A stretch of DNA of 64,000 nucleotides, taken from the NCBI GenBank assembly GCA_002633005.1, contig NMRA01000102.1:337477-401476 (forward strand). The letters run 5' to 3'. The stretch is from Phoronis australis (lineage: Eukaryota; Animalia; Phoronida). The notes beneath the pieces are model-generated. The model made no database searches and had not been told where the DNA came from. It saw nothing but the letters and a program-made list of their open reading frames with translations. The translations under genes and the position numbers were made by a program. Of this stretch, positions 60,346 through 64,000 are shown one piece after another. Each line of letters begins with the position of its first letter. Positions within the stretch are counted from its first letter, which is position 1.

Positions 60346-61744
60346 GTTTATTGGCTTAGGAACTATATTACTGGGTTTAAGTTTACAAACCGTAGTTCAA
60401 AAACGAAGTTCAGGTACTTAAATAAATAAAATCTAACTTATTGGTCATCAACTTGGAAAGGTTGTCTTTGAACTTCCTCGATGTTTTTGGTTTCCAGTAG
60501 TATTGCGCAATGAATTTTTGTTCTTCTAAACTGAATCGCTTGCTTGCATTTCCCGTGCATACTACACACAGGGCATGCGCGCATCCAGCCTAAAATTAAG
60601 GGAGTTCGAATTTTTGAGGATGTGGACCTTTTACTAAAGAAAAAAACCGAATACGGGGTTCGCTCAGGGCTATGAATTGTGCATACGCCGTATCCACCCC
60701 TTTTAGTGGACTGTTGTGTCGTTTTTCTCGAATTTTTTGTTTCTCTGAGGCGGACCTTAGTTTTCCCACTTTGCCATCGAGCCCCCCCAGGTGCGCACAT
60801 GCACGGAGGACGTCATGACAGGCACACCCACGTTAAAATAAGATGCAACCATGCAGTAGGCCTGCTTAGAATCTCAGATACCCACGGGAACTGAATTTGA
60901 ACCCCAGACGTTGAAGTGTGTACATTTTTGGGACACTCTATGTATCCTGATTTTCCCTAGCAACCAGAAACTGGAGTACCGCCTGTGTTTCATTAAGGGA
61001 TTCTGAAACGGACACAAAGGCAATCATACCAGGCACCTCGGGTCCTCGCCTTTCAAAAATTACTTCAAAGAATCCCCATAATAAAATGAAGTTTTCCCAA
61101 AAATGGATCGTAATAAAAGGAACCTTGACCATCGACCTAGGTATAGTTACTTCAGGGAGCTCCCAGCTCAGTACCCGTCAGTGCGCCCAGAGCCTAGACG
61201 CATTCTTACTCTCCGTGTTGGTTTGTTGGTTCACGGCTACTCAAATCCTGATACGACTGCATCCCCGGTATTAGGCCTACCCCCACCTATGGCGNCGGGG
61301 GGGGGCCGGGGGGGAGGGGGAGCGTGACGATAGCAAGGGGGTAGGTTAGGTTGGCGAAGTCAAATTGGTTTGTGTCCCCCAATAATTTTTTCTTTCCTAC
61401 GTGCCTGAGTATCAGGGCAGTGAGACTGAACCCCCAACCCTGAGTACAGGAAGCGGACACTTATATCCCGGGTACTGGACCATATGGGTCGTTTTTTATT
61501 GTTCTTATCACTGGATTGAACACGGAGGGTACAAGTGACGGGGCCATGCTTTACCCATGCGCATTGCAAAAGCACGTCCCGCACGCGAAACATTTCAGTT
61601 TTGTGTATGTACCTTCTGTAGTGCCACCAGTTGGCACTCATTTAACCCTCCCCTGTACATGCGCTCGACTTTCGATCCCGATGACTCATAACCAAAAAAT
61701 TCGCGTTTCAGGGTTTTATAGTCCACGCTGCATGCCACAAAGGA

Positions 61745-62107
61745 GGGTGTGTGGATGTTGTAGAGCTTCGTTCAGGAACTAAGAAATCGACCTAGTATGA
61801 CCACATGCAACAAAACACAGTGACAATACAGCAAGCAAGACCTATACCAGCCCTGTGATTGACGCGTCGCATGCGTCAAGTTTTTTTTTTACCAAATAGG
61901 AAAACACGACATGATGCATCGTGCTCAGGAACCAAGTCGATTCAGTATCCTATCTGTGACCAAAGTTTCAGGGAAAGAGTGAATCTGACGGGACACATTG
62001 CGTCACATCACGAGGACACTTCTTTTTGTAATGAATGTGACATGTCATGCAAAGCAGTATGTCTCCTTCATTCTACAGGCACTAAGAAGCAGAAACGTCA
62101 TGGATGA
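61745..62107 (+). pseudogene. Degenerate C2H2 zinc-finger array
   Basis: VCGCCRASFRN...HMQQ; YPICDQSFRERVNLTGHIASHH; CNECDMS...KRH, with frameshifts, stops and a lost Cys. Confidence 0.5.
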
Positions 62108-62643
62108 AATCATCAAGTCCAGTGGTGAAAGTTGTTAAGTCTCTATAGTTTATTCAGATTTACAGAGTTTATGGTTGGTAGTGGTCTATTTGTCTGATGT
62201 AATAGTATTTTGACGTTTTGTTTTGAACCTTTTTTCCTCAAGTTTCTTTCTAAATTTGTGTTATTTCAACAGGATCTTTAACAGAACCAGGTGTTTAGGT
62301 AGATTCAAATGGCCACACTAAGTGTCATTGGGCAATACTAAACATACAATTGTTTTGACGAATTAGTATTTTAAAATAAAATATATGTGTATGATTATTG
62401 TAGAAATTGCTTTCAGTTGTTGATTTCGTGTGAGAGCCAATTACATTATCAATCAGTCCAAAATACGTGATTCAGTGATGATTTAGTTGTCGTACATTCC
62501 AAAAGTAATTCCTAGGAAATGTTCAATGAATTTGTAATGTTAATTTCCCTAAGCAATATTTTATGTTTTTGTATGACCAATTTTGAGGTATATGTGATAA
62601 TTAAAAGATTAAAATTATAATAGAAATGCTATAATAATAATAT

Positions 62644-63415
62644 ATATAGATTATTACATGGCGAAGTCGTACGCCCCGAGGGTGATAATTCTCCAAAATC
62701 CACGAGGGCTCTAGATAACGGGGGATAACGCCCCTCGGGCGATAATTTTCCAAAATCCACTCGGGCTCTACATAACGGGGGATAACGACTTCGCCATGTA
62801 ACAATCTATATTTATCCCACGCACGTTGAATCTGTCGAGGGAAATACGGCCATGTAATAAACTAAGTTTTCCGCATTCACCTCCTACACAACTTCAACAG
62901 CGACCTCTGACATGGAAAGTTCAAAAGGTAGGTCAATGTCGACTCGACGTCTTCAGCCGGTTCGATCATCAAACTTTTCGAATATAGTTTAAAGTAATAC
63001 AGTTGCAACAGTGTAACTAACACTCGACATGCAACCAGGCCCTAAACGTAAAATCTGGACAAAACTGTTAATTATATGACACTTTCTCTCAGTTTTCAAT
63101 TGCTGAATACTATATCGTCAGCAACTCAGGCGCCGATTCCTAGGAAATTAAAATATCAAAAATTGTTGTTTTTTAACAATTTCCAGGAGATGTTACAAGT
63201 TCACTACTGAGTTGCCGTTGTTTTCATCTTTGCTACCTCTTTTTAAGAAATAGATCGTTACTTTTAAAACTGTTTCTTTTTCAAGAGAAAACTTGCAACC
63301 TAACGCGCAACTACATACATAGGATGTGATCCGCGGAATAATGTCTCGGCGTGGGATATTACTTCATGTACGCCACTCTCGGGTAGGCCTATATACGTTT
63401 TGTGTATTGATTTCC
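62644..63415 (+). mobile_element. Repeat element with a terminal 168-bp inverted-repeat module (tentatively Crypton-like, non-autonomous)
   Basis: atatagattattacatggcgaagtcgt ... acgacttcgccatgtaacaatctatat enclosing two ~59-bp direct repeats; body shared with 20715-21372. Confidence 0.55.
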
Positions 63416-64000
63416 TGTGTAAATCACTACAGTGTGTAGTTGAAGTGACGTAAAAGACAACATGTTGACTACGTTTTGAGAAAAACACAACACAGTACGT
63501 ATATTATAACTCTCAATCTTTTTCAAGTTAGCTGGAGATCATAAACTGAAGATGGCACCGCCGGTGAGCTTTGGGCTAAGACTACAGAACAGTAGAGTAT
63601 AACACAACGAACATTCAAGCCACACGGCGGATGCCACAAGTCAGTCTGTTCATCTCTGCATCGCTCATCAGTAAAACATCAAGTAAAATTTCACCCATTT
63701 TATCAGCACATCAGTTTCCACAACTTCTGGCAATTTTTTAAATCCTAGACATCATGAGCGGGAATCTTTGAATCATCTCGTGAAGTGTTGCCGCACTCCT
63801 CTCTCTCCCCATGGGCAAGAACATTATCATTCTTTGACTTCACTGGTTGTTTTTTCCTTTTACTGTCACAATTTTGCAAGAAGATTCGACACTCGCTTTC
63901 ATCTGCTGCAACAATTTGTTTACCCTGGCTGACACGCCACAACTCCGGAGTGAGTCTTCAGTTTACAACCCCTTGTTCCCAGTGGTTTCGTCTAAAAGTA

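Noticed and set aside
63745-63942. 65-aa - strand ORF as the last exon of a gene
   Set aside because: In-frame stop just upstream, no clear acceptor and no homology

Overview
AT-rich, intron-rich eukaryotic (invertebrate-like) genomic DNA with two ~0.75 kb N gaps. I reconstructed two convergent protein-coding genes by hand from translation and splice phase. (1) The last four coding exons of ATG14 lie on + (3285-7980) and end in the BATS amphipathic tail. (2) A complete 26-coding-exon BAZ1A/ACF1 lies on - (ATG at 54004, stop at 12363; my exon chain sums to 4659 nt, about 1552 aa) with WAC, DDT, WHIM1-3/WSD, PHD and bromodomain. Introns and flanks are crowded with repeats: four copies of a Tc2/pogo-like TIR element that carries a HIRAN-like ORF and no visible transposase; hAT-, Harbinger-, Helentron(HINE)- and Crypton-like non-autonomous elements; a Penelope relic; a LINE 3' relic; a hAT transposase relic; tRNA-derived SINEs; and many minisatellites. 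The most unusual observations are the HIRAN-cargo transposon family, a 36-bp in-frame repeat that multiplies a BAZ1A splice donor, two probable GC-AG introns and degenerate hammerhead ribozyme motifs. All homology calls come from remembered motifs, not database searches.
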